A stretch of DNA of 64,000 nucleotides from the IMG/VR virus record IMGVR_UViG_3300045988_130750, positions 84,652-148,651 of that record. One strand, 5' to 3'. The translations under genes were made by a program, and so were the position numbers. The notes under the pieces are model-generated. The model made no database searches, had not been told where the DNA came from, and worked only from the letters and a program-made list of their open reading frames with translations. This document shows positions 63,860 to 64,000 of the stretch, in pieces. Each line of letters opens with the position of its first letter. Position 1 is the first letter of the stretch. The stretch is from a virus.

Positions 63860-64000
63860 ATGAAAAATACACAAAACATTGCATCATTAATAGCACAACT
63901 TGAATATGAAGTTGGGAGAGAGTGTTACAATCCCAATTCATATGATGGTTATACAGGAATAGAAGGACTTGGATATAGATATCCTGTAAAAGTATATCAG
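63860..64000 (+). CDS. hypothetical protein, 5' part (continues beyond window)
   Basis: ATG follows taaggagggttgttatt. It reads MKNTQNIASLIAQLEYEVGRECYNPNSYDGYTGIEGLGYRYPVKVYQ and is open to the window end. Confidence 0.5.
   Translation, partial: MKNTQNIASLIAQLEYEVGRECYNPNSYDGYTGIEGLGYRYPVKVYQ

Noticed and set aside
1-64000. I searched by eye for CRISPR arrays, tRNA/tmRNA genes and rRNA.
   Set aside because: There are no regularly spaced 25-40 bp direct repeats with unique spacers. The only perfect tandem repeat (53871-53950) is coding. I saw no GTTCGAATC-type T-loop or cloverleaf candidates in the non-coding gaps. This cannot be excluded without tRNAscan-SE or Infernal.

Overview
AT-rich, tightly packed bacteriophage DNA from a low-GC Gram-positive, probably anaerobic, host. 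Nearly every gene has a GGAGG-type Shine-Dalgarno site, and the RNR is class III. Nt 1-48399 is one + strand block. It holds small early or accessory genes, an RNA-repair set (RlaP-type nucleotidyltransferase, CCA-adding enzyme, DHH phosphoesterase, DRB0094-type RNA ligase), a C5 DNA methyltransferase, a PARG-like macrodomain and two free-standing endonucleases. Its replication module (helicase, primase, RecJ-like exonuclease, Pol III alpha-like polymerase) has the same order as SPbeta yorI-yorL. Nucleotide metabolism genes follow (ThyX-like, NAD ligase, dNMP kinase, two deoxyribosyltransferase-like proteins, nrdD/nrdG, dUTPase), then a tyrosine integrase. Nt 48532-63146 is a - strand tail and lysis block (tape measure, Tal-like and fibre proteins with S74 chaperone domains, XhlA-like protein). 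A + strand island starts at 63306. Main observations: nrdD is split by a compact ORF-less group I intron with readable P1/P10 pairings. Short sequence elements recur just upstream of many ribosome binding sites. A ~950 bp non-coding stretch carries AAAGTT iterons and many hairpins. Eight TATCACTT sites lie upstream of int. The dUTPase is fused to a membrane domain. Several genes are interrupted or lack a start codon. I found no tRNA, rRNA or CRISPR array. All product calls rest on motif recognition by eye, not on database searches.
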